Both the position numbers and the translations under genes were made by a program. A stretch of 32,000 bases of DNA from Cupriavidus necator. Lineage in GTDB: Bacteria > Pseudomonadota > Gammaproteobacteria > Burkholderiales > Burkholderiaceae. Shown here piece after piece: positions 9,492 through 17,194 of this stretch (position 1 is its first letter; every line of letters starts with the position of its first letter). The DNA is taken from the NCBI RefSeq assembly GCF_016127575.1, contig NZ_CP066019.1:480001-512000 (forward strand). Reading direction: 5' to 3'. The notes below the pieces were generated by a model. It was given only the letters and a program-made list of their open reading frames with translations, had not been told where the DNA came from and ran no database searches.

Positions 9492-10718
9492 ATGCCTGAT
9501 ATCCGTACCGGCGCCGCCGTACTGGCCTGCGCCACCCTGTTCGCGGCGACTGCTTCCGCAGCCGACCCGGCCCCCATCAGCGACGGCGTGGTCAAGATCG
9601 GTGTGCTGACCGACATGTCGTCGATCTTTTCCGATATCGGAGGCAAGGGCTCGGTGGTGGCCGCGCAGATGGCCGTGGACGATTTCGGCGGCAAGGTGCT
9701 GGGCGCCCCCATCCAGGTGGTCAGCGCCGACCACCAGAACAAGACCGACGTCGCCGCCACGCTGGCGCGCGGCTGGTTCGACAACCAGAAGGTCGACGTG
9801 ATCCAGGACGCCCTGCCGTCCTCGGTCGCGCTGGCGGTATCCAACCTGGGCAAGCTCAAGCACAAGATCGTCATCGCCAGCGGTGCCGGCACCACGCGCC
9901 TGAGCAATGAAGACTGCTCGCCCTACACCATCCAGTATTCGTACGACACCTACGCCTTTGCCGCCAACACGGTCAAGGCGCTGGCCCGGCGCGGCGACCA
10001 CAGCTGGTACTTCCTGACGGTCGACTACGCCCTGGGCGCGTCGCTGGAGAAGGACGGCACCGAGGCGCTGTCCAGTGTCGGCGGTACCCTGAAGGGCAAG
10101 GCCAGGCATCCGATCAACTCCGCCGACCTGTCGTCCTACCTGCTGCAGGGACAGTCCTCGGGTGCGAAGGTGATCGGCCTGGCCAACGCTGGCGCCGACA
10201 CGGTCAATGCGATCAAGACCGCCGCGGATTTCGGCATCAACACCGCGGGCAAGCAGAAGCTGGCCGGGCTTCACATGTTTATCAGCGATATCCACAGCCT
10301 GGGGCTGCAAGCCGCGCAGGGCATGACGCTGACCACATCGTTCTACTGGGATCGCGACGACGCCACGCGCGCCTGGTCGCAACGCTTCTTCGACAAGACC
10401 GGGCGCATGCCGACCCTGGTGCATGCCGGCGTGTATTCGTCGACCACGCATTACCTGAAGGCGATCCAGGCCGCGCGAACCGACGACAGCGATGCCGTGC
10501 TGGCCCGCATGCGCGAGACCCCGGTCAATGACTTCTTTGCGAAGAACGGCACGATCCGCGCCGACGGCCTGATGGTGCACGACATGTACCTGGTCGAAGT
10601 GAAGCGGCCGCAGGAGTCCAAGCGTCCTTGGGACTACTACAAGATCAAGAGCGTGATTCCCGCGAGCGAAGCGTTCCGCCCGCTCAGCGCAAGCACTTGC
10701 CCGCTGGTCAGGAAGTAA
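9492..10718 (+). CDS. ABC transporter substrate-binding protein, LivJ/branched-chain amino acid-amide type
   Basis: Internal ATG of the 9144 ORF, preceded by a ggaga RBS. It has the signal peptide MPDIRTGAAVLACATLFAATASAA and a type-I periplasmic binding protein pattern (VKIGVLTDMSSIFSDIGG). Confidence 0.9.
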   Translation: MPDIRTGAAVLACATLFAATASAADPAPISDGVVKIGVLTDMSSIFSDIGGKGSVVAAQMAVDDFGGKVLGAPIQVVSADHQNKTDVAATLARGWFDNQKVDVIQDALPSSVALAVSNLGKLKHKIVIASGAGTTRLSNEDCSPYTIQYSYDTYAFAANTVKALARRGDHSWYFLTVDYALGASLEKDGTEALSSVGGTLKGKARHPINSADLSSYLLQGQSSGAKVIGLANAGADTVNAIKTAADFGINTAGKQKLAGLHMFISDIHSLGLQAAQGMTLTTSFYWDRDDATRAWSQRFFDKTGRMPTLVHAGVYSSTTHYLKAIQAARTDDSDAVLARMRETPVNDFFAKNGTIRADGLMVHDMYLVEVKRPQESKRPWDYYKIKSVIPASEAFRPLSASTCPLVRK

Positions 10719-10785
10719 GCCCACATCCCTCATCGAGGCCGGCATTCCAGCCGGCACTCCACCCCGTTGCAGAGAGCAACCGATC

Positions 10786-11475
10786 ATGCAGACCCTTACC
10801 TTTGAACTCGACAGCTGCCAGGGCAAGTCGCAGCGCACCGTCACCATCCATCAGCTCATCGTGGCGGGATGGACCGGGCGCGACGTCGAAGCCATGGAAG
10901 CCCATATCCGCGAACTGGAGGAGTTGGGCGTGAAGCGCCCGCCCTATACGCCGGTGTTCTATCGCGTCGCTGCGCAACGCCTGGGGCCGGCCCCGGAGAT
11001 CCAGGTCAGTGGCGAGGCCAGCAGCGGGGAAGCCGAGTTCCTGCTGGTCCGGGACGGCGATGAAATCCTGGTGGGCATTGCCTCGGACCATACCGACCGC
11101 GAAGCCGAGACCTACGGCATCACCGTGTCCAAGCAGATGTGCGAGAAGCCCTGTGCGTCGGCCTTGTGGCGCCTTTCTGAGGTGGAAGGCCACTGGGACC
11201 AGCTGATGCTGCGCTCCTACGCCACCATCGACGGCGAGCGCGTGCTGTACCAGGAAGGTCCGGTGACCGCCATGCGCTCCCCGGCGGACCTGCTGCAGCA
11301 CTTCAGCGGCCATGGCGGCGACTTTGGCGAAGGCTCGGCGATGCTGTGCGGCACGCTGCCCGCGATCGGCGGCATCCGCCCGGCCGAGCGCTTCGAGATC
11401 GAGCTGGAAGACCCGGTGCTGGGGCGCACGCTGCGCCACGCCTACGCGGTCGCTGCGCTGCCCGTGGCGGGCTGA
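10786..11475 (+). CDS. DUF2848-like protein (unknown function, embedded in the transporter block)
   Basis: 229-aa ORF with normal amino-acid composition. The segment HQLIVAGWTGRD...HIRELEELGVKRP resembles DUF2848 as I recall it. The family name is unverified. Confidence 0.7.
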   Translation: MQTLTFELDSCQGKSQRTVTIHQLIVAGWTGRDVEAMEAHIRELEELGVKRPPYTPVFYRVAAQRLGPAPEIQVSGEASSGEAEFLLVRDGDEILVGIASDHTDREAETYGITVSKQMCEKPCASALWRLSEVEGHWDQLMLRSYATIDGERVLYQEGPVTAMRSPADLLQHFSGHGGDFGEGSAMLCGTLPAIGGIRPAERFEIELEDPVLGRTLRHAYAVAALPVAG

Positions 11476-11524
11476 GCATGCCGCGTCATCCCCACAGACA
11501 CGGCAGCGCCACGGAGTCACCGCC

Positions 11525-12298
11525 ATGCACCAAGACCTGATACTAGAGACCCGCAACCTCGGCAAGGCCTTCCGCGGCTTTACCGCGGTGAGCGACGTCA
11601 ACCTGCGGGTACGCCGCGGGTCGATCCATGCCTTGATCGGGCCCAACGGCGCCGGCAAGACGACCTGCTTCAACCTGCTCACCAAGTTCCTGGAGCCGAC
11701 CACCGGCACCATCCTTTTCAACGGCATCGACATCACCCGTGAAAAGCCCGCGCAGATCGCGCGGCGCGGCGTGATCCGTTCGTTCCAGATATCGGCGGTA
11801 TTCCCGCACCTGACGGTGATGGAGAACGTGCGCATCGGGCTGCAGCGCCAGCTCGGCACGGCGTACCAGTTCTGGCGCAGCGAGCGCTCGCTGGACGTGC
11901 TCAATGACCGCGCCATGGAGCTGCTAGAGCAGGTCGGCCTGACCGAGTTCGCGCAGACGCTGACGGTGAACCTGCCGTACGGCCGCAAGCGCGCGCTGGA
12001 GATCGCCACCACGCTGGCGATGGAGCCCGAGCTGATGCTGCTCGACGAGCCCACGCAGGGCATGGGCCACGAAGACGTGGACCGCGTCACGCAGCTGATC
12101 AGGAAGGTCTCGGCGGGCCGCACCATCCTGATGGTGGAACACAACATGAGCGTGGTCTCGTCGATCGCTGACAAGATCACCGTGCTGCAGCGTGGCGCGA
12201 TCCTGGCCGAAGGCCCGTATGCCGAAGTGTCCAGGGATCCGCGCGTGATGGAGGCCTACATGGGCACCGTCGACGCGGAACTGCAGGGCGCGCACTGA
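11525..12298 (+). CDS. ABC transporter ATP-binding protein (LivG-like)
   Basis: Internal ATG of the 11312 ORF with a ggag RBS. Walker A GPNGAGKTT, signature LPYGRKRALE and Walker B LMLLDEP are present. Confidence 0.92.
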   Translation: MHQDLILETRNLGKAFRGFTAVSDVNLRVRRGSIHALIGPNGAGKTTCFNLLTKFLEPTTGTILFNGIDITREKPAQIARRGVIRSFQISAVFPHLTVMENVRIGLQRQLGTAYQFWRSERSLDVLNDRAMELLEQVGLTEFAQTLTVNLPYGRKRALEIATTLAMEPELMLLDEPTQGMGHEDVDRVTQLIRKVSAGRTILMVEHNMSVVSSIADKITVLQRGAILAEGPYAEVSRDPRVMEAYMGTVDAELQGAH

Positions 12299-12315
12299 GA
12301 GGGCCGGGGAACGAT

Positions 12316-13053
12316 ATGACTTCATTGAACACACCCGCCAACACACCCGCGCTCGAGATCAAGGACCTGCACGCCTGGTACGGCGAATCGCACATCCTTC
12401 ACGGCGTGGATTTGACCGTGAACCGCGGCGAAGTGGTCACGCTGCTGGGCCGCAACGGCGCTGGCCGCACCACCACGCTGCGCGCGATCATGGGACTGAC
12501 CGGCGCGCGCAAGGGCTCGATCAAGGTCAATGGCCACGAGACCATCAGCCTGCCCACGCACAAGATCGCGCACTACGGCATTGGCTATTGCCCCGAAGAG
12601 CGGGCGATCTTCTCCAGCCTCTCATGCGAAGAGAACCTGATGCTGCCGCCGGTGCTGAAGGGCGCCGACACCAGCAAGGGCATGAGCGAAACCGATATCT
12701 ACGAGATGTTCCCGAACCTGAAGGAGCGCCGCCAGAGCCAGGGCACGCGTCTTTCCGGCGGCGAGCAGCAGATGCTGGCGGTCGGGCGCATCCTGCGCAC
12801 CGGCGCCAACCTGCTGCTGCTCGATGAAATCTCGGAAGGGTTGGCACCGGTGATCGTGCAGGCGCTTGCGCGCATGATCCTGATGCTCAAGCAGAAGGGG
12901 TACACGGTGGTGATGGTGGAGCAGAACTTCCGCTTTGCCGCGCCGCTGGCGGACCGCTTCTACGTGATGGAGCACGGCAGCATCGTCGAGCGCTTCGCGG
13001 CCAATGAGCTGGAGGCCAGGATGCCGGTGCTGCATGAACTGCTGGGCGTATAA
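12316..13053 (+). CDS. ABC transporter ATP-binding protein (LivF-like)
   Basis: Walker A GRNGAGRTT, signature LSGGEQQML and Walker B LLLLDE are present. Confidence 0.92.
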   Translation: MTSLNTPANTPALEIKDLHAWYGESHILHGVDLTVNRGEVVTLLGRNGAGRTTTLRAIMGLTGARKGSIKVNGHETISLPTHKIAHYGIGYCPEERAIFSSLSCEENLMLPPVLKGADTSKGMSETDIYEMFPNLKERRQSQGTRLSGGEQQMLAVGRILRTGANLLLLDEISEGLAPVIVQALARMILMLKQKGYTVVMVEQNFRFAAPLADRFYVMEHGSIVERFAANELEARMPVLHELLGV

Positions 13054-13063
13054 GGAGCGACTC

Positions 13064-13948
13064 ATGAATCTGTTTGAAATCCCGCTCCCGGCGCTGCTGT
13101 CGCAGTTGTTGCTCGGGCTCGTCAACGGCGCCTTCTACGCCATGCTGAGCCTGGGGCTGGCGGTCATCTTCGGGCTGCTGAATGTCATCAACTTTGCGCA
13201 CGGCGCGCTCTTCATGCTGGGTGCGGTGCTGGCGTGGGCCGGCATGGCCTATGCCGGCCTCAGCTACTGGGTGATGCTGCTGTTGTCGCCGCTGGTGGTT
13301 GCCGCGCTGGGCGTGGGGATCGAGAAGACCATGCTGCGCTGGATCTACAAGCTCGACCATATCTACGGCCTGCTGCTGACGCTAGGCATCACGCTGGTGA
13401 TCGAAGGCATCTTCCGCTCGGTCTATGGCGTGTCCGGGCTGCCCTATGCACCGCCCGAGGCGCTGCAGGGCGCCTCCGACCTCGGCTTCATGCGCTTGCC
13501 CAACTACCGCGTGTGGGTGGTCGGGGCATCGCTGGCGGTCTGCCTGTCGACGTGGTACGTGATCGAGAAGACCAGGCTGGGCGCCTACCTGCGCGCCGGC
13601 ACCGAGAACGCCAAGGTGGTCGAGGCGTTCGGCGTCAACGTGCCGCGGATGGTGACGCTGACCTATGGCTTCGGCGTGGCGCTGGCCGCGTTTGCCGGGG
13701 TGCTGGCGGCGCCCGTCATGCAGGTATCGCCGCTGATGGGGCAGAACCTGATCATCGTCGTGTTCGCGGTGGTGGTGATCGGCGGCATGGGCTCGATCAT
13801 GGGCGCGATCCTGACCGGCCTGGGGCTGGGCGTGATCGAGGGGCTGGCCAAGGTGTTGTACCCGGAAGCATCTTCCACCGTTGTCTTCGTCATCATGGTG
13901 GTGGTGCTGTTGTTGCGCCCGGCAGGGCTGTTCGGAAAGGAGAAGTGA
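13064..13948 (+). CDS. Branched-chain amino acid ABC transporter permease (LivH-like)
   Basis: Internal ATG of the 13004 ORF after a taaggag RBS. The protein is 294 aa and hydrophobic, beginning LLGLVNGAFYAMLSLGLAVIFG. Confidence 0.9.
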   Translation: MNLFEIPLPALLSQLLLGLVNGAFYAMLSLGLAVIFGLLNVINFAHGALFMLGAVLAWAGMAYAGLSYWVMLLLSPLVVAALGVGIEKTMLRWIYKLDHIYGLLLTLGITLVIEGIFRSVYGVSGLPYAPPEALQGASDLGFMRLPNYRVWVVGASLAVCLSTWYVIEKTRLGAYLRAGTENAKVVEAFGVNVPRMVTLTYGFGVALAAFAGVLAAPVMQVSPLMGQNLIIVVFAVVVIGGMGSIMGAILTGLGLGVIEGLAKVLYPEASSTVVFVIMVVVLLLRPAGLFGKEK

Positions 13949-14964
13949 TGAGCGGACAATCTATCGCCGCAATCGGCATGCGGCAGCAGCAGGCGGCGGG
14001 GCGCCTGCCAAAGCAGGTGATGTACGGCGTGGTGCTGGCGTGCCTGCTGGCCGCGCCGCTGGCCGGTGCGTATCCGGTGTTCGTGCTCAAGGTGATGTGC
14101 TTTGCGCTGTTTGCGTGCGCCTTCAACCTGCTGATCGGTTATACCGGGCTGCTGTCGTTCGGCCATGCGGCCTTCTTCGGCGGCGCTGGCTACGCGGCCG
14201 GCCATGCCATGAAGGTCTGGGGCGTGACCCCGGAAATCGGCCTGATCCTGGGCACCGGTGCGGGCGCGCTGATCGGCTACGTGGTGGGCTCGCTGGCCAT
14301 CCGCCGGCAGGGCATCTACTTCTCGATGATCACGCTGGCGCTGGCGCAGATGCTGTTCTTTATCTGCCTGCAGGCGCCGTTCACCGGTGGCGAGGACGGC
14401 CTGCAGGGCATCCCGCGCGGCAAGCTGTTCGGTGTGCTGCCGCTGTCGGACGACCTGACGCTGTACTACGTCGCGCTGGCGATCATCGTGGCCGCCTTTG
14501 CGCTGATCGTGCGCACGGTGCATTCGCCGTTCGGCCAGATCCTGAAGGCGATCAAGGAGAACGAGCCGCGCGCGGTGTCGCTGGGCTATGACGTCGACCG
14601 CTTCAAGCTCACGGCCTTCGTGCTGTCGGCGGCGCTGTCGGGGCTGGCCGGCTCGATCAAGGCGCTGGTGCTGGGCTTCGAGACGCTGACCGACGTGCAC
14701 TGGTCGATGTCCGGCATGGTGATCCTGATGACCCTGCTGGGGGGGCTCGGCACACTCACCGGCCCGATCGTCGGCGCGTTTGTTGTGATCGCGCTGGAGA
14801 ACAAGCTGGGCGAACTGGGCAGCTACCTTGCGGCGGTGACGGACATCGACTGGTTCAACGGGCTCGGTGAATCGGTGTCGATGGTGACGGGCATCATCTT
14901 CATCGTATGTGTGCTGACCTTCCGCAAGGGGATTGTGGGGAGTTTGGGGCGCGGACCCGGATGA
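13948..14964 (+). CDS. Branched-chain amino acid ABC transporter permease (LivM-like)
   Basis: Internal ATG of the 13234 ORF, overlapping the LivH-like stop (gtgATGa). It contains GYTGLLSFGHAAFFGGAGYAAG, the typical LivM motif. Confidence 0.9.
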   Translation: MSGQSIAAIGMRQQQAAGRLPKQVMYGVVLACLLAAPLAGAYPVFVLKVMCFALFACAFNLLIGYTGLLSFGHAAFFGGAGYAAGHAMKVWGVTPEIGLILGTGAGALIGYVVGSLAIRRQGIYFSMITLALAQMLFFICLQAPFTGGEDGLQGIPRGKLFGVLPLSDDLTLYYVALAIIVAAFALIVRTVHSPFGQILKAIKENEPRAVSLGYDVDRFKLTAFVLSAALSGLAGSIKALVLGFETLTDVHWSMSGMVILMTLLGGLGTLTGPIVGAFVVIALENKLGELGSYLAAVTDIDWFNGLGESVSMVTGIIFIVCVLTFRKGIVGSLGRGPG

Positions 14965-14987
14965 GGTGAAAGCCGTCCAAGGAGTTT

Positions 14988-15035
14988 CTCCTCTCTCGCG
15001 CTTGCGGGAGAGGGGCCGGGGAGAGGGTATCCCTC
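14988..15035 (+). terminator. Double GC-rich hairpin (REP-like element or operon terminator) after the permease gene
   Basis: Positions 14988-14999 pair with 15004-15015, giving a 12-bp stem (two G-U pairs) and a gctt loop. This is followed by gaggg-tat-ccctc at 15023-15035. There is no T-tract, so the terminator call is tentative. The gcttgcgggagagg motif resembles REP elements common in this bacterial group. Confidence 0.35.
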
Positions 15036-15322
15036 ACGCAATGCGGCCTACAAGATGGGGCTGGGAGCCCACACGCGGCTCGCGCAGGCGATCGGGGAGC
15101 TGGTAGTGCGGGCGCAGGCCGAGCGTGCGGCTGCCGCACCGAGCGCCCCACAGCCAGGAGGCCGGTCGCGGTCGTCCCGCGAACAATAGGCTTCAAACCG
15201 CCCGGCCGTCATGCAAAGCCTTTGAAAAATCATCCCCAAATTTAGGCCATGTCTGATTGATCCCCACTGCCGATTTCGGCTCAATGGTATTCGGCAAACC
15301 AGCCGTTTCTAACCGAGGATCA

Positions 15323-15673
15323 ATGATGCAAGACAGGAAAACCAAGAAGATTTACGTTGCAGCATTCGAAGGTGCGAAGACCGCCAACGGCGGTGAAGTC
15401 GTGAAGGGTTCCGGCAATCAAAGCTACGATGGCCGTCCCATCGTCCGGGTTGGCGACGTGGCGACCTGCCAGGATGGCAGTACGGCGGTGATTATGGCGG
15501 GCGCAGGCAAGGCGTGCGAGTCAGCAGGCGTGCCGGTGGCCCTCATCGGCAGCCCCCTGAGCAATGGGGACACCATTGTGTTCAGTCCCGTGACGGCGCT
15601 GGAATTCCACGAATCGGCAGACAAGTCTATCCTTGGCCTGCTCGATCCCGCCTACTATTCCGTGCGTGCCTAA
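15323..15673 (+). CDS. PAAR-like domain protein (T6SS spike-tip family)
   Basis: Internal ATG after a gagga RBS. The sequence GAKTANGGEVVKGSGNQSYDGRPIVRVGDVATCQDGSTAVIMAGAGKACESAGVPVALIGSPLSNGDTIV fits the repeating G-x-P-x-x-R/L-x-GD/GS PAAR pattern. GC is reduced (35/60 by hand count at 15361-15420). Confidence 0.75.
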   Translation: MMQDRKTKKIYVAAFEGAKTANGGEVVKGSGNQSYDGRPIVRVGDVATCQDGSTAVIMAGAGKACESAGVPVALIGSPLSNGDTIVFSPVTALEFHESADKSILGLLDPAYYSVRA

Positions 15674-15682
15674 GAGGCCGTC

Positions 15683-16249
15683 ATGCCGGATATTCGCTAC
15701 GCACTCCGGAACGGAGACAAGACAAGCTCGGGCGGCATACTCTTCGCCACGGGCCGCAGCATATTCCATCATGACCTGATAGTCGGTGTCGAAGGCGACC
15801 ATGCAACCTGCCCCGCCTGCAAGGTGGGCGGGCCGGTGATGAATGACTGTTATCCGGCCGTCGATGTAGATGGCAAACAGATGTTGGTGACTGGTGCGCG
15901 AGTCAATTGCAAGTGCCCGACTCACCCGGTTGTCATCCACTCGCGGATGGATTTCATTATTGAGGTGAACCGGGGAGGCCGCAATGCGCCGCCGCCGCCA
16001 TCGTCCGCGTCCTTGGCCTCTTCGAACCTGACTTCGCCCGCGACAGGTGACTACGACGAGCAAGTCCGAGTCCGAGCGGGTAATACACCCTTGGAAGGCT
16101 ACCCCTACTTCATCGCGACGCCCGACGGGCGGGCATTCTCCGGGTGTATAGACGAAAGCCGCAAGTTACCCCGCATATATACAAAGAACCTCAACGAGTA
16201 CGCAATTTATTGGGGCGATGACGCTCTAGCAAAACAGATAGAGGTATGA
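15683..16249 (+). CDS. PAAR-domain protein with Pro/Ser linker and ~85-aa C-terminal extension
   Basis: The sequence ALRNGDKTSSGGILFATGRS...VGVEGDHATCPACKVGGPVMN...VTGARVNCKCPTHPVVIHS is a PAAR fold with Cys/His Zn-site residues. It is followed by GGRNAPPPPSSASLASSNLTSP and a distinct C-terminal module. Confidence 0.82.
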   Translation: MPDIRYALRNGDKTSSGGILFATGRSIFHHDLIVGVEGDHATCPACKVGGPVMNDCYPAVDVDGKQMLVTGARVNCKCPTHPVVIHSRMDFIIEVNRGGRNAPPPPSSASLASSNLTSPATGDYDEQVRVRAGNTPLEGYPYFIATPDGRAFSGCIDESRKLPRIYTKNLNEYAIYWGDDALAKQIEV

Positions 16250-16252
16250 GGT

Positions 16253-16846
16253 ATGCCCAATAAGAAAACGATCGTGACAACAAACGCGACACCGAACTCC
16301 ATTAAGGAAGTGCAGCTTAAGGTGGTAACGTTTCAGGAACTCTGGGAAAATTATCCGTCGGGTAATCCATACGACAATCCGGCCTATTCCGATCAGTGCG
16401 CGATCCGTATGAGTGTTACTCTTCATCGAGTCGGCATCGAGATGAAGTCCTTTTCATCGAAGCTTGTGAAGCCGCTGTCGGGGCAGCCGAGTATCGGGCG
16501 TATTATTCTTCCCGCAGACGGGAAGGTCACTGCCACGCGAGCAAACGAACTCGGGGAATGGTTGAAGTTGCAACCTTTTGCCGGCCTAGGGAAGGCGGAG
16601 AATATTACAGGGCGGGACTGGGTGGGCAAGGTAAAGGGGCGAACCGGAATAATAATGTTCGATGGCTATTGGACGCGTGACGGAGAGGTGGCAGGGAATG
16701 CTAGCGGAGGCCATATCGATTTATGGAATGGAGAAAAGCTCACAGGCTTTGGTACTGGTCTAAGAGTAAGTTTGAATATTGTGGTTCCGGGTATTTGGTC
16801 AGATTTTCGCAACTCGAAAACAATTCTTTTCTTCCCCGTAAAATGA
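16253..16846 (+). CDS. tae4: Tae4-family type VI secretion amidase effector (peptidoglycan gamma-D-glutamyl-mDAP endopeptidase family)
   Basis: Contains FQELWENYP...NPAYSDQCAIRMSVTLHRVG (catalytic Cys motif) and GGHIDLWNG (catalytic His motif). Salmonella Tae4, as recalled from memory, has NACPIRMSYVLN and GHVTLWNG. The gene starts 3 nt after the PAAR gene stop. GC is about 43% (26/60 at 16261-16320). Confidence 0.85.
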   Translation: MPNKKTIVTTNATPNSIKEVQLKVVTFQELWENYPSGNPYDNPAYSDQCAIRMSVTLHRVGIEMKSFSSKLVKPLSGQPSIGRIILPADGKVTATRANELGEWLKLQPFAGLGKAENITGRDWVGKVKGRTGIIMFDGYWTRDGEVAGNASGGHIDLWNGEKLTGFGTGLRVSLNIVVPGIWSDFRNSKTILFFPVK

Positions 16847-17070
16847 AGATACTGAGAGCAGTCATCGGCGCTATGACTGGTGCTGTCCTGGCTACGCTTG
16901 CTGCTTGGGGCGGGTTATATCTCTTCGGCGTTGTAGTTTTGCGCGGGACAGGAAGTTTGTTCGACACGAATCAGCATGCAGCGAATCTGTTCTTTGTTGG
17001 CTGGTTCGTGTCTATGGTCGCAGCCTCATTAATTGGTGGATGGCTTGGGTATTCATCCGGGCGAAAATAG
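16843..17070 (+). CDS. 75-aa two-TM membrane protein, candidate (non-canonical) cognate immunity protein
   Basis: Its ATG overlaps the tae4 stop (aATGa). It reads MKILRAVIGAMTGAVLATLAAWGGLYLFGVVVL, then a 16-aa loop, then FFVGWFVSMVAASLIGGWLGY. I recognise no similarity to Tai4. Confidence 0.55.
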   Translation: MKILRAVIGAMTGAVLATLAAWGGLYLFGVVVLRGTGSLFDTNQHAANLFFVGWFVSMVAASLIGGWLGYSSGRK

Positions 17071-17103
17071 GGCACAAATCCACTATTTTTCAAGCGTATA
17101 CAT

Positions 17104-17136
17104 GCGCCGCGCCATGATTCCATCATGGCGCGGCGC
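17104..17136. terminator. Perfect 15-bp stem / 3-nt loop hairpin between convergent genes (bidirectional terminator candidate)
   Basis: The sequence gcgccgcgccatgat-tcc-atcatggcgcggcgc was read directly. It lies between the island's last ORF (stop at 17070) and the dadA-like stop (17195). Flanking T-tracts are weak. Confidence 0.55.
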
Positions 17137-17194
17137 TGTTCGAGCACGGTGGCCCTATCTTACAAATGGGAGAGGGGAGAAAACACCCGCGAAC

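Noticed and set aside
14900-15284. Minus-strand ORFs (14900..15196, 15048..15284) in the GC-rich spacer between livM and the cassette, possibly a gene remnant
   Set aside because: The translations are Pro/Ala/Arg-rich with no recognisable motif or RBS. I cannot support a CDS or pseudogene call without a database search.
15222-17093. 9-bp inverted repeat (ttgaaaaat at 15222-15230 and atttttcaa at 17085-17093) flanking the low-GC cassette, as possible element termini
   Set aside because: It is too short and AT-rich to separate from chance. There are no target-site duplications and no transposase or integrase gene. It is only a hint for boundary mapping.
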